A stretch of 64,000 bases of DNA from Desulfobacterales bacterium. GTDB lineage: Bacteria > Desulfobacterota > Desulfobacteria > Desulfobacterales > UBA2174. Location of the stretch: positions 64,001 through 128,000 of the forward strand of contig CAXXWC010000013.1 in assembly GCA_963668645.2 (NCBI GenBank). Direction: 5' to 3'. This document shows positions 9,884-20,420 of this stretch, in pieces. The translations under genes were made by a program, and so were the position numbers. The notes below the pieces were generated by a model. It was not told the origin of the DNA, searched no databases, and was given only the letters and a program-made list of their open reading frames with translations. Position 1 is the stretch's first letter. Every line of letters begins with the position of its first letter.

Positions 9884-11006
9884 TATCGCCCTGATGCGCA
9901 GCCTGCAGCGCACCCTGGCCGTGGCGCGCAAGGAAGCGATCCATCTGCGACGCGACTGGCGCAGCCTCCTGCTGGCTTTGGCCATTCCGGTGCTCTTGAT
10001 CCTGCTGTTCGGCTACGCCCTGACCCTGGATCTGAAAAACGTGCCCACCGTGGTCTGGGACCAGTCCAGAACGCCGCGCAGCCGGGACCTGATCGGCCTG
10101 ATCCAGGGATCGGCCTACTTCGACCTGTACGCCGTTCGCCAGAGCGAGGCCGCCCTGCGCGCCGACCTGGAGGCGGGCCGGGCCATGGTGGCCATGGTGA
10201 TCCCGGCCGATTTCGCCGAACGCGTCGCCGCCGGCCGGCCGGTAACGGTGGAGGCCATGGTGGACGGCAGCGACGCCAACACCTCGCGCCTGGCGGCCAG
10301 CTACGCCCGCAGCCTGGGCCTGATCTTCAACCGGCGTCTCGATGTGCGAACTTCGGCGGCCGGGGTGGTCCTGGCGCCGCGCGCCTGGTACAACCCGTCT
10401 TTGCGAAGCCCCAACGCCCTGCTGCCCGGGATCGTGGCCATCGTCATGATGGTCATCGCCGCCATGCTCACCAGCGTCACCGTGGCCCGCGAATGGGAGA
10501 CCGGCACCATGGAGCAGCTGATCGGCACGCCGATCCGGGCCGGAGAGCTGATCTGCGGCAAGGTGGCGCCCTATTTCGTGGTCGGCATGACCGACGTGGC
10601 CATCGCCGTGGGCCTGAGCCGCTGGCTTTTCCAGGTCCCTTTGCGCGGCCAGCCGGCCCTGCTTTTCGCCACGGCGGCCGTTTTCCTGACCGGAGCCCTG
10701 TTTTTCGGACTCACCCTGAGCATCCGCCTGAAGACCCAGGTCCTGGCCAACCAGATCGCCATCGTGGCCGGTTTTTTGCCCACCCTGATCCTTTCGGGCT
10801 TCGTTTTTGCCATCGAGAACATGCCGGCGGCGTTGCAGTATCTGACCTACATCGTGCCGGCCCGCTACCTGATCGCCATCATGCGCGGTATTTTCATGAA
10901 GGGCATCGGCCTGGAGATCCTCTGGCTCGACGGCCTGTTGCTGGTCTTCTACGCCCTGGCGATGATCCTGGCGGCCCGGGGCGGGCTGAAGCTGAGGCTG
11001 GACTGA
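9876..11006 (+). CDS. ABC-2 permease (YbhS-like)
   Basis: REWETGTMEQL motif, multiple TM helices. Confidence 0.92.
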   Translation: MADIALMRSLQRTLAVARKEAIHLRRDWRSLLLALAIPVLLILLFGYALTLDLKNVPTVVWDQSRTPRSRDLIGLIQGSAYFDLYAVRQSEAALRADLEAGRAMVAMVIPADFAERVAAGRPVTVEAMVDGSDANTSRLAASYARSLGLIFNRRLDVRTSAAGVVLAPRAWYNPSLRSPNALLPGIVAIVMMVIAAMLTSVTVAREWETGTMEQLIGTPIRAGELICGKVAPYFVVGMTDVAIAVGLSRWLFQVPLRGQPALLFATAAVFLTGALFFGLTLSIRLKTQVLANQIAIVAGFLPTLILSGFVFAIENMPAALQYLTYIVPARYLIAIMRGIFMKGIGLEILWLDGLLLVFYALAMILAARGGLKLRLD

Positions 11007-12100
11007 TGGAACGGCTCAAACCGATGCTGGTCAAGGAATTTTTGCAGATGCTGCGCGACCCGCGCATGCGCATGGTGGTCTTCGGCCTGCCGGTGATCCA
11101 GATGCTGGTGATGGCCTTTGCCCTGACCACCGATGTGACCCGCATCCGCACCGCCCTTTACGACCAGGACCGCAGCGTCGCCTCGCGCGCCCTGGTGGAG
11201 ACGTTTGCGGCCGGCAACTATTTTCGCATCGTGGCGGCCCCTGTGACCGAAGCCGGGGTGCGCCGGTTGCTGGACACCGGCCAAGTTAGGGCCGTGGTGG
11301 CCATTCCGGCCGGCTTCGGCCGGGACCTGAGCGCCGGCCGGCCGGCGCCCGTGCAGGTGCTCTGTGACGGCACCGACAGCAATACCACCGCCATCGTCCT
11401 GGGCTACGCCGAGGCCATCGCGGCCGGCTTCAATGCCGAGCGGGGTGTTGGGGGAGGGCCGGTGACCGTGGCCACCCGGGCCTGGTTCAACCCCAACCAG
11501 GAGAGCCGCCTTTACTACGTGCCGGCCCTGATCGCCGTGATGCTGCTGGTCTTTTCCATCATGCTCACCAGCATCGGGATCGTGCGCGAAAAGGAGATCG
11601 GCACCATCGAGCAGGTGATGGTGACCCCCATCGCCAACCTCGAATTCATCCTGGGCAAGACCATCCCCTATATGCTCACCGGCTATTTTTCCATGACGGT
11701 GATGCTCGGGGCCGCCATGCTGCTTTTCGGGGTGCGGATCCACGGCAGCCTTTTACTGTTGTACATCCTTACGGGGATCTACCTGGCCGGCAACCTGGGG
11801 CTGGCCCTGTGGATCAGCGCCGGGGCCCGCACCCAGCAGCAGGCCCTGCTGACCGCTTTTCTGATCATCATGCCCTGCGTGATGCTCTCCGGGTTCATGT
11901 TTCCGATCCACAACATGCCGTTGGCGGTGCAGGCGGCCACCTACATCAACCCCATGCGCTGGTATCTGATCATCTTGCGCGGGGTAGTGACCAAGGGGGT
12001 GGGGCTGGCGATCCTCTGGCCCGCCGTGGTGGGGCAGAGCGCCCTGGCGGTGGGATTCATCTTGCTGGCCTCGCGGCGTTTTCGCAAGACGCTGGGATAA
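11006..12100 (+). CDS. ABC-2 permease (YbhR-like)
   Basis: REKEIGTIEQ motif; TGATG coupling with the upstream gene. Confidence 0.92.
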   Translation: MERLKPMLVKEFLQMLRDPRMRMVVFGLPVIQMLVMAFALTTDVTRIRTALYDQDRSVASRALVETFAAGNYFRIVAAPVTEAGVRRLLDTGQVRAVVAIPAGFGRDLSAGRPAPVQVLCDGTDSNTTAIVLGYAEAIAAGFNAERGVGGGPVTVATRAWFNPNQESRLYYVPALIAVMLLVFSIMLTSIGIVREKEIGTIEQVMVTPIANLEFILGKTIPYMLTGYFSMTVMLGAAMLLFGVRIHGSLLLLYILTGIYLAGNLGLALWISAGARTQQQALLTAFLIIMPCVMLSGFMFPIHNMPLAVQAATYINPMRWYLIILRGVVTKGVGLAILWPAVVGQSALAVGFILLASRRFRKTLG

Positions 12101-12115
12101 GATGACCATTGATGG

Positions 12116-12574
12116 TCAGATCTGTTTGAGATTGGGGAAATAGGTGCGGTAATATCCGTAGTCCCGGGTCAGGATGGCGTCGCAGTGCAACTGCGAAAAG
12201 GCGCCGATGATAAAATCCGACAGGATATGCTGCCGGAACGAGATTGGCCGCTCGCAATGCCGGCATGTCAATTGAACCGATTTGCCGCAGGTAGGGCAGA
12301 CAAAACGCCGTCGTTTCCGGTACTCATGCCATTGCCGGCCGGCATAGGCATAGTCTTCCTGCCGGCAGATTTCGACGCGGATGTCCATCTGTGAAAGAAA
12401 CAGGTTCAGGTCTTGGACTTGCTCCAGAAAAAAGGGGCTCAGTTCTCCGTAAACGATGCCGCAAACGACCAACTCGTCATGGCTGTCCCGCAGTTGGCGA
12501 AGTTTCCGGATGCTATCGTCGTTCTGGTCCAGAAGCAGATCGAGCAGAACGCAGGTGTCAATCGATGCTTTCAA
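12116..12574 (-). CDS. PIN-domain (VapC-like) toxin with a CxxC...CxxC insert
   Basis: IDTCVL, YGEL, SDFIIGA and LTRD acidic PIN motifs. Confidence 0.85.
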   Translation of the reverse strand: MKASIDTCVLLDLLLDQNDDSIRKLRQLRDSHDELVVCGIVYGELSPFFLEQVQDLNLFLSQMDIRVEICRQEDYAYAGRQWHEYRKRRRFVCPTCGKSVQLTCRHCERPISFRQHILSDFIIGAFSQLHCDAILTRDYGYYRTYFPNLKQI

Positions 12575-12797
12575 GGCCGTACCCTCTCAGCTCGGCGACC
12601 AGTTCATCGCTGCTTTTCCCGAGGCGCAACCTTCCGCGCCAATTTTCGATTGGATCATCCTGGGGGTCCCTGACTATGTAGAACCGGCCGTTCTCCGCCT
12701 TGAATGTTACCTGGACACCTGGTATCAGGTTCATGGCCAGTCGCACTTCTTTGGGTAGTGTTATCTGGTATTTAGCCGTTACTTTCGTCTGTTGCAT
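12558..12797 (-). CDS. AbrB/MazE-type antitoxin
   Basis: KVTAKYQITLPKEVR; overlaps the toxin start. Confidence 0.85.
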   Translation of the reverse strand: MQQTKVTAKYQITLPKEVRLAMNLIPGVQVTFKAENGRFYIVRDPQDDPIENWRGRLRLGKSSDELVAELRGYGLESID

Positions 12798-13700
12798 CTT
12801 ACGTCTCCGAGAACATTTTGTACGTATTGTCGCATACCGTATACCATTTTTTGCATACCATTGTTCACACAGGACATCAACCCGGCAATAGGTACAGCCC
12901 ATTGCGTTCGAATTTGCTTCAAGACCAACCGGCCGGCGGGAATGTGTGGGAAGAGCGAGTGGTGCGATTTTTCAATATGTTGTTTTGCTGCTTTTACTTC
13001 AGTGGTGTGATGGTGGAGGCGGCGGTGGCCGGTTCGCACACTGATTTCGGGGCCAGCCGTTGTTGTAAGTACCGGATTTTACTTCTCCGTCACTTCAGGT
13101 GATGATTCGACATCATACGTTCACTTCGTACCTAAAACGTACAAAAGTCAAGAGGCAGGTTGAGGCTTGCCGGTGGTTGCGGTATTCAGGGATGAAACCG
13201 GTGGGCCATAGTGGAGACCAAAAGGGAGAGGGGAACGCCATGTTCGACCATCAGGCCGCATCTCCCCGTGTCGCCACCCTGCGGCGGCCTCGCTCGTGCC
13301 TATGTCCACCCGGAAGACACCCAGCCATTCGCCCGGCCGAGATAACGACAAGCTTAACCCTCAGATCCGCCCCCCTACTTGAAATCTGCCAGGCATGACC
13401 AACGGTTGCGCCATTTTTCCGCTGATGGTCGTCCATGCAAGCAGATCCGGCAGCCCCATCGTCTTGATGGATACCGCCCGCCTGTGATGGCCGCTGCCCG
13501 TGGTGTTGTCCAGAAAGTCAGGCCGTGACTGGCGTCATGGTGCCCGGTGCTGACTGCCAGGTGGTCGTGGTTTTCGAGCTTGACAGCAATTAAACCAACA
13601 TATTGAATCGTTAGGCCATTGACCCCCGCCCAGGTTCCGTCTATTCTGGCCCGGACCGTAAACAACAATCCACCATCGTTTACGATTGGTGTGGGCCGGC

Positions 13701-15278
13701 ATGTCGATTCAACTGGACCTCATCGACTTTTTTAAAGACAGCCAAACGCCCGAAGCGGCGCTGGACGCCAGACCGGCCCGACCGGAAGTGCTGCCCTCCG
13801 GCGAGGCCGGGTTCGAGACCGATGTGAGCCGCGCGGTGTACTCGGCCCAGATCATGCGCCCCATCTTCGACCTCGAGGCCCGGCGTTTCTACCAGGGCGA
13901 AGCGCCTGAGGCCGTGGCCATCTGGGAGCGTGTCGATTTGATGTGGCTCGCCTTTGCGATTCTTGACGTCATCTCCGAACTGACCGAATATCAGGACGGC
14001 GCCACCCGTCGCGAAGTGCTGGCCCGGGTCCTGTCCCTGGCTCACCGCCAGTTGCCGGACGACGAGGCGGCCGCATGCGAAGACGGTCTCAAAGAGGTGC
14101 TCAACCGGGTCTTCGACCACCTCGTCAACCGTTCGAACCGCTACCTGCCCTTCGAGTATCTCTATTTCGACGCGGTGTCCGGCCAGCACCGCCGCCGCAA
14201 GTTCTGGCTCGTCAAGACGGTCTACACCGGCACGGGCCAGGAGGCGCGGTTCAGCCTCACGGACGAGGGCTACTGCGCCTATTTCGGACTGCACGAAACC
14301 AGCGCCCTGGATGCCGCGGCCATCGGCAACCTGCGCATCAAGCTGCTTATCGAGCGCGGCAGCGTGGACGATGCCATCGCGGTGGCCGACGGCAACCGCA
14401 AGCAGTGTGCTCGCAAAGCCCTGGAAGTGCGCAACACCCGCCGGCTGATCCGGCGCAACATCCAGGCGGTGGACTACGACGCGGTGCACGCCCTGGCGGC
14501 CGAGGGGGTCAACCAGGCGACCGAAATCCAGCAGGAAAGCAGCCGGCTGCACAACCTGGTCCTCGAAAACCTGCTGGACGGCCGGCTGCAGGCCCACGAA
14601 CTCAAGCTGCAGCGCCTGGCCGAACGGCTCCAGGGGCTCAACCATCATCTGCTGAAACTGGCCGGCGAGCTGCAACGCCTGCCCGAGGACTACCACCAGC
14701 ACAGCCACAAGCTGTTCCGGCGGCGCAGCGCCGGAGCCTTTCCCCCCATGGACACGGTGCTGCGCCGCATCTGCACCCTGGCCGAGACCGATGCGGCCCG
14801 CATCGGGGATGAATTTATCGCCCGCATCGATCCGCCGGCCCGACGGCCGCTCTTCGATCCGGCGGCGATCATCGAAGCCTGCGACCGCGCCCTGGAACGC
14901 CAGAAGGTGGCCGGCGACAGCCGTCAGGCCATGATGGAAGTCGATGCCGAACCCGTGGCGCGCTTTGTCCCGGAGCTGGACGAGCCCTTGATGCGCCGGG
15001 CCTTTGCCAGGCTGCGGGCCGCGGTTCGTCACGGGGACGAGATCCGGCTCAGCCGGTTTCTGGCCGAAACCACCGCTGCGGCCGATACGGAGCTGTTGCC
15101 GGTGGCCATGGTCATGGCTGTCTTCCAGTGCCTGGTGGAACGGCGCATCGCCGAGCGGCACCGGCTGCAAGTGCGCCAGGCCGAACCCGAGACGCTGATG
15201 GCCGTCGACCTGGCCGGCGGCCGGCGCTATCGGGGCCACGAATTGCTGCTGGCCGGCCGGCCGGGGAGCACGCCATGA
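13701..15278 (+). CDS. Wadjet-like subunit 1 (JetA/MksF-equivalent, by position)
   Basis: First gene of a coupled 4-gene operon ending in SMC and Toprim genes; helical, kleisin-sized. Confidence 0.65.
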   Translation: MSIQLDLIDFFKDSQTPEAALDARPARPEVLPSGEAGFETDVSRAVYSAQIMRPIFDLEARRFYQGEAPEAVAIWERVDLMWLAFAILDVISELTEYQDGATRREVLARVLSLAHRQLPDDEAAACEDGLKEVLNRVFDHLVNRSNRYLPFEYLYFDAVSGQHRRRKFWLVKTVYTGTGQEARFSLTDEGYCAYFGLHETSALDAAAIGNLRIKLLIERGSVDDAIAVADGNRKQCARKALEVRNTRRLIRRNIQAVDYDAVHALAAEGVNQATEIQQESSRLHNLVLENLLDGRLQAHELKLQRLAERLQGLNHHLLKLAGELQRLPEDYHQHSHKLFRRRSAGAFPPMDTVLRRICTLAETDAARIGDEFIARIDPPARRPLFDPAAIIEACDRALERQKVAGDSRQAMMEVDAEPVARFVPELDEPLMRRAFARLRAAVRHGDEIRLSRFLAETTAAADTELLPVAMVMAVFQCLVERRIAERHRLQVRQAEPETLMAVDLAGGRRYRGHELLLAGRPGSTP

Positions 15279-16045
15279 ACCCGGAAACGATCTACGACGC
15301 CAACCGGCTCATCTACCTGAGCCTGGCCTACAGCAGCGGCAACAAGCGCATCGTGATGCGCAACGCCGCCGAGATGATTGCCCTGGTGCAGCGCTTCCAG
15401 GCCGAAGAAGCCTTCCGGTCCCTGGTGGAGGCGGGGCTCAAGGCCCTGGAACTGCGGCTGCTGGCCCTCGAAGACGGTGGCCTGCGTCTGTCGGCGCGCA
15501 GTGCCGAGGAATTTTTCGCCACCAACCTCACCGATTACGGCCGGATGTTGGCCCGCGGCGACCTCCGGGCGGCCGACCTGCTCCCGGTTCACTGCGCCAT
15601 CGCCTCGGCCATCTTCCCCACCGAGGCGGACCTGGACGTTCCTGTGGAAGACCTGGGAGCGGTCACCGCCGCCGATGTCATCGATGTGCTGCGGCGTTTC
15701 GCCCGCGTCGAGGCGACGCTGGATGAAGACGACGACCGGATCCATCCCCAGGTGCGAACGGTGGCCCAGCGCCTGCGCGAACTGCCCGAGGCCAATCCGG
15801 ACCAGTTGCGCGCCGGGGCCGGCCAAAGCTGGGCCGACCTGGTGGGCCGCGTGATCGATCACCTGGTGGAAACCGGCTACCTGCTCGCCTTCGAGGAGAT
15901 GCCCGGCGAGTTCGAATACCGCCCCACACCGGCTTACCAGACGGCCATGCGGGAAGGCATCGTCTATTCCTTCCACGCCTTTCGAGACCTGCTCAAGGAC
16001 GCGGAAGGCCGCGCGGCGGAGGCCACCGATGTACCGGCTGAGTAG
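15275..16045 (+). CDS. Wadjet-like subunit 2 (JetB/MksE-equivalent, by position)
   Basis: ATGA overlap; 256 aa, lies between the JetA-like and SMC genes. Confidence 0.65.
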   Translation: MNPETIYDANRLIYLSLAYSSGNKRIVMRNAAEMIALVQRFQAEEAFRSLVEAGLKALELRLLALEDGGLRLSARSAEEFFATNLTDYGRMLARGDLRAADLLPVHCAIASAIFPTEADLDVPVEDLGAVTAADVIDVLRRFARVEATLDEDDDRIHPQVRTVAQRLRELPEANPDQLRAGAGQSWADLVGRVIDHLVETGYLLAFEEMPGEFEYRPTPAYQTAMREGIVYSFHAFRDLLKDAEGRAAEATDVPAE

Positions 16046-19000
16046 ATTTTTCGTCAGCGAGATCACGGCGGGGGAAAACCTCCTGCGCCATGGGCTGGTG
16101 CCCATCGTGCGGGAGAGCGGCCTGGCCGACCACGGGGTCCTGTTCGCCGCCAACGGCACCTGTAAGACGACGTTGCTGTCCTTTTTGCTCAACGTGTTCT
16201 GCCCGGACCAGCGGCGGTTCGTGCAGCATCTGCAATCCGGCGGCGACAAGACCCTGGAGCAGTACCTCATCCCCGGACGCCCGGCCGTGGTGCTGGTGGA
16301 GCTGGCCCTGCCGGGCCAACCCGGCCTCTTCGAGGCCCAAGCGGCCGAACGCCTGGTTCTCGGCCAACTGCTCTACCGGCATGCCACCGCCCCGGACAAG
16401 GTGGACCGCAGCTACTTCCGCGCGGAGGCGGCCGATCTTTTCGACGATTTGCGCCGGCAGTGGGACGGCCTGCTGGCACGCGAGCAGCCCTATGCCAGCG
16501 TACGCGATTATCTGGCACCGCGTATCCAGCAGACCACTTCCCAGAAGGAATGGAACGATCACCTCGACCGTCTGGGACTCGATCCCTGGCTTATCGACCG
16601 GCAGATCGACTTCGCACGCACCGAAGGTGGCATCAAGGACGCCTTCAAGTTTCGCAGCGAAGCCGAGTTTCTCGCCTTCTTCCTCGGCTGCGTGGCCGAC
16701 ATGGAGGCGGCCGTCACCTTGCGCGACACCATCGGCCAGTCGCTGCAGAAGATGGCCGACCGTCCGCGCAAGCGGATCCAGCTTCAGGCGGCCCGGGAGC
16801 TGACCCAGCAGCTCTCCGACTTCGACGCCATCGCAGGCAAATGGCGCGCGTCCCGCGCGGCGGCCGCCGAATGGGAGGCCCGCCTGGGCGAGGCCCACCA
16901 TCTGCTCGATGCCGCGCGCAAGACAAGCGAGGAACAGCGCGCGACCCTGGACCGCCGGTACGACGAGGCCGCCGCCCGGCGCGAAGAGACCTTGTCCCGC
17001 ATGCAGACCGCCGCCGCCAACGGCCTTTGGGTGCAACGCGGCCAAGCCGGCCGGTTAATGGCAGCGGCCGAGGCACGGGTTCTGAACGCCCGGCAGGCCA
17101 TCGAAGGGCTGCAAGGCGAAAAGGCGTCTCTGGAAGCCGCCAAGCACCTGGCCCTGCTGCGGCGGCGACACGCGGCGGCTAAAACCAAGGAGGACGCCCT
17201 GCTGGCGGCCGACACCAAGCTCGAACCGCTGCTGCACCGGGTCGCGTCCCTGGCCGCTCAGTACCATCTGCGTCTGGAAGCAGAACGCCGCCGGCTCCTG
17301 GATACCATCGAGGACCTGGACACGCGTCGCCGGCAAACCGAAACCGAAGTGAACCGCACCGAGACCTGCCGCCGCGAGGCCCGGGACCGGCGACACCAAC
17401 TCGACGAGGCCCTTTCCCGCCTCGATGCCCGGATTCAGGCCGCAACGGCCGAACGCCTAGCCCTGCCCCTGGAGGCGGGAGAAACCCCGGCTGACGGGCA
17501 GGAACGTCTCCAGGCGGCCGTCGCCGCCATCCAGGGCGCCCTCGACGAGGCCCGCGCACGATCTCAAGACCTGGACACGGAAATCGCGGCGGCCGACGGG
17601 TGCTGGAAGGCGCTGCAGGCCGAACTGGCCCGGCTCGAGGCGCGATTGGCCGAGGCCCGGGAGCAGCAGGCGGCCGAGGTTCGCCAACGGGAACGGTTGC
17701 AGGCCGATCCCCATCTAAAGCGCATGGCCGGCAGCATGGAAGTCGAACCGATCGCGGCCGAGCTGGTCTCTCGGCTGGACGACGCCCTGGCGCGGCAGCG
17801 GGATCGGCTGGCGGACAAGGAACACCGCCGCATCGAACTGGAAGAGGAACTCAAACGGCTGGAGGAGACCGAAACCCTGGCCGTCGACCCCCAGACCCGG
17901 CGCCTGATCGCCCACTATCATAAACAGGGCCTGTCGCCCGGCGAGCTCAAAGCCTTTCCCCATTACCTGGCCGGCCTCTATTCCACTCCCCAGGAGGTGG
18001 CGCGCTTCATCGAAGCCGACCCGGGCCGTTTTACCGGCATCATGGCCGCCAACCCAGAGGTGGTGAACACCGTCACCGGTCTGCCTGCGCCGGCGTGGCT
18101 TCAGCGGCCGGTGGTGGTCTCGATCCCCTGTTCCCCCGAGGACCTGACCCCCATCGCCCAGACCGTAATCTGCCCGCCGGACCCCAACGTCTACTCCAAG
18201 GCGCACCTGGATGCCGTACGCGAAAGGTGCCGGGAATCGGTGGAAGCTCTCCGGCAAGAGATCGAGGCGGATAGGCGTGACGTGCAGACCCTGGAACGTA
18301 GCAGCCGCGAGTTGCATCGCTACCAGCAAATGTACCCGGACATGACGGCGGTCCGCGCCCTGGCGGACCGGGTGCGCGAACTGGAGGCGGCCTGTAATCA
18401 ACATCACCGCGATCTGGCGGAGACCGAGGCCCGAAGCGGCGCCCTGCGCGAGCGCCAGGCCGGCGGAAGCCAGCGGTGTATCGAGCTGACGGCCGACCTG
18501 ACCCGCCGCCAGGAACGCCTCGAACGTGTCGCGCGCTGGCTCCAGTGCTACCAGGACCTGCCGCGCTGGGAAGAAGAGCGGATGCAGACGGCCGCCAACC
18601 GGGCCGTGGTTGATCGGACCATCGAGGCAGACAGGGAAGGTCTGAGCCGGCTCCGGCAATCCCTGGCCGAATTCATGGCGGAGCGGCGGGCCGGTGAGGA
18701 ACAACTGAAAACCCTGGAAGACAGGGCCGCCGATGTGCCCTGCACCGAGGCCCCAGCCCTTGGGCAAGCCGAACGACAGACGGCCCTGGAAATGGATCCC
18801 AAGACGTTGCGCCGCCTCTGGGAGGAGGCCCGGGAAGACCAGCGCCAGACGGCCCACCAGCTTGGAATCGATGCACTGCAAAAAGAGCTGGATGCCTTAC
18901 GCACCGACATCGGTGATACCGAATTGCGCCTGGGCACCCTGCGCCGGAAGCAGCCATTCGACGAAGCCCTGGCCGACACCTGGGCCGGTCGCAGCCAGGC

Positions 19001-20420
19001 GGACCAGGAGGCCCGCATAGCTGTGATAGCCGCGCAACTGGAAACCAGCCGCGATGCCGAGGTCCGTGCCGAAACCGAGATCGATCACCAGCGCCAACAG
19101 ATCCAACGTCTGGATGAAGAACTCACCACCAAGGCCGCCAAGGGGATGCGGCCCGACTTGGATCCGGCCGACCTGGAGCAGGAGGCGGACCTGGATACCC
19201 TGTGGCAGCGTTTCCGCGATGAAGAGAGGCGTCACACCGAGACCCACGAGCGCCTCTGTCAACGCTGCCGCAAGCTGGAAGCGGATCGCAGGGCCGCCGA
19301 GGAGATCTACCAGGACATCCGGGTAGCCATCGCCGCGGTGCAACGCTTCAATCCACTTTGGGATCAGGCCTCGCCCCGGGTCCAATGGCCGGACTTAAGC
19401 TCGCTGGAGACGGCCACGCTCCAGGCCCTGCAGGCGCAGGTCGAAACGATGATGGCAGCCGAAGTGCAGGACTGTCGAGCCCTTACTGTCGCCCGCGCCG
19501 GACTGGGCCGTGCCTTCGACCGGCTGCAGACTGCCCTGGGGAGCGATCGATTCCGGCAGCACCTGCCGGCGGTGGTCGACGCGCTGCGGGGCCACGACGC
19601 CGAATCGCTGGGTGAACAGGCCGGGGAACTGATCCAACGCTGCGCCGACGTCACCCGCAACCTGGAAAGCGACCTGGAAATTTCCCAGCGCATCGTCGAA
19701 AACCTGGTGGACATGCTGCTGCAAAGCGCCCGTGATTACTACCGCCGGCTCCAGGCCGCGGCCCAGGTGACGCTGCCCGAGGAGGTCTTCATCTATGGCG
19801 GTCGGTCCATTCTGCGCGCTGGCGCAGGCCTGGACTTTATCAAGCACGCCGATGCCTTCCGCCAGTCCGTGGACAACTGGCTCCACGAAATGATCCAAGC
19901 GCACCGCCTGCCGGCCGTTAATCCCCGGACCGGTAACGGTCTGGGCGCCGAACTGCTCTACCAGCTCCTGGCGGCTGCAACGGGTCGCAAGGAATTCGGC
20001 ATCCGCCTGCTCAAATGCGACGACACCGGCCGCAACTACGAACCGGTGGGCAAGGACCTGGGCTCCGGCGGAGAGGCCCTGACCACCGCCGTGCTGCTCT
20101 ACGCCCTGCTGATTTCCATGCGTAGCCGGCGGCGCCACCGCAGCGACGAGCGCATCCCCGCCTTTTTACTGCTGGACAATCCCCTGGGGGTCTGCAACCG
20201 CTCCGATTTCCTGGACGCCCAGTTGAAGGTGGCCCGGGCCATGGGCATCCAGTGCGTCTACCTGACCGGCATCAACGACCGCGAGTCCCTTGACCTGTTC
20301 GAATTGCGGGTGGCCATCCGCAAAGGAGATCGGCGCGTCGCCATCGGTGGTGCCACCTACGAGTGCCTCGAGATCACCCAGCTCAACCTGGAAAGGGGAC
20401 ATGCAAAATTACCTGCGTGA
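16029..20420 (+). CDS. jetC: SMC/MukB-like ATPase (JetC-like, resembles type III Wadjet)
   Basis: N-terminal Walker A-like FAANGTCKTT, ~1000 aa coiled coil with hinge, GSGGE signature, LLLDNPLG Walker B. Confidence 0.8.
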   Translation: MYRLSRFFVSEITAGENLLRHGLVPIVRESGLADHGVLFAANGTCKTTLLSFLLNVFCPDQRRFVQHLQSGGDKTLEQYLIPGRPAVVLVELALPGQPGLFEAQAAERLVLGQLLYRHATAPDKVDRSYFRAEAADLFDDLRRQWDGLLAREQPYASVRDYLAPRIQQTTSQKEWNDHLDRLGLDPWLIDRQIDFARTEGGIKDAFKFRSEAEFLAFFLGCVADMEAAVTLRDTIGQSLQKMADRPRKRIQLQAARELTQQLSDFDAIAGKWRASRAAAAEWEARLGEAHHLLDAARKTSEEQRATLDRRYDEAAARREETLSRMQTAAANGLWVQRGQAGRLMAAAEARVLNARQAIEGLQGEKASLEAAKHLALLRRRHAAAKTKEDALLAADTKLEPLLHRVASLAAQYHLRLEAERRRLLDTIEDLDTRRRQTETEVNRTETCRREARDRRHQLDEALSRLDARIQAATAERLALPLEAGETPADGQERLQAAVAAIQGALDEARARSQDLDTEIAAADGCWKALQAELARLEARLAEAREQQAAEVRQRERLQADPHLKRMAGSMEVEPIAAELVSRLDDALARQRDRLADKEHRRIELEEELKRLEETETLAVDPQTRRLIAHYHKQGLSPGELKAFPHYLAGLYSTPQEVARFIEADPGRFTGIMAANPEVVNTVTGLPAPAWLQRPVVVSIPCSPEDLTPIAQTVICPPDPNVYSKAHLDAVRERCRESVEALRQEIEADRRDVQTLERSSRELHRYQQMYPDMTAVRALADRVRELEAACNQHHRDLAETEARSGALRERQAGGSQRCIELTADLTRRQERLERVARWLQCYQDLPRWEEERMQTAANRAVVDRTIEADREGLSRLRQSLAEFMAERRAGEEQLKTLEDRAADVPCTEAPALGQAERQTALEMDPKTLRRLWEEAREDQRQTAHQLGIDALQKELDALRTDIGDTELRLGTLRRKQPFDEALADTWAGRSQADQEARIAVIAAQLETSRDAEVRAETEIDHQRQQIQRLDEELTTKAAKGMRPDLDPADLEQEADLDTLWQRFRDEERRHTETHERLCQRCRKLEADRRAAEEIYQDIRVAIAAVQRFNPLWDQASPRVQWPDLSSLETATLQALQAQVETMMAAEVQDCRALTVARAGLGRAFDRLQTALGSDRFRQHLPAVVDALRGHDAESLGEQAGELIQRCADVTRNLESDLEISQRIVENLVDMLLQSARDYYRRLQAAAQVTLPEEVFIYGGRSILRAGAGLDFIKHADAFRQSVDNWLHEMIQAHRLPAVNPRTGNGLGAELLYQLLAAATGRKEFGIRLLKCDDTGRNYEPVGKDLGSGGEALTTAVLLYALLISMRSRRRHRSDERIPAFLLLDNPLGVCNRSDFLDAQLKVARAMGIQCVYLTGINDRESLDLFELRVAIRKGDRRVAIGGATYECLEITQLNLERGHAKLPA

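Noticed and set aside
12900..13680. Possible decayed TA promoter (GTAC palindrome near 13125-13150) and small ORFs
   Set aside because: Motif too short and no supportable downstream gene
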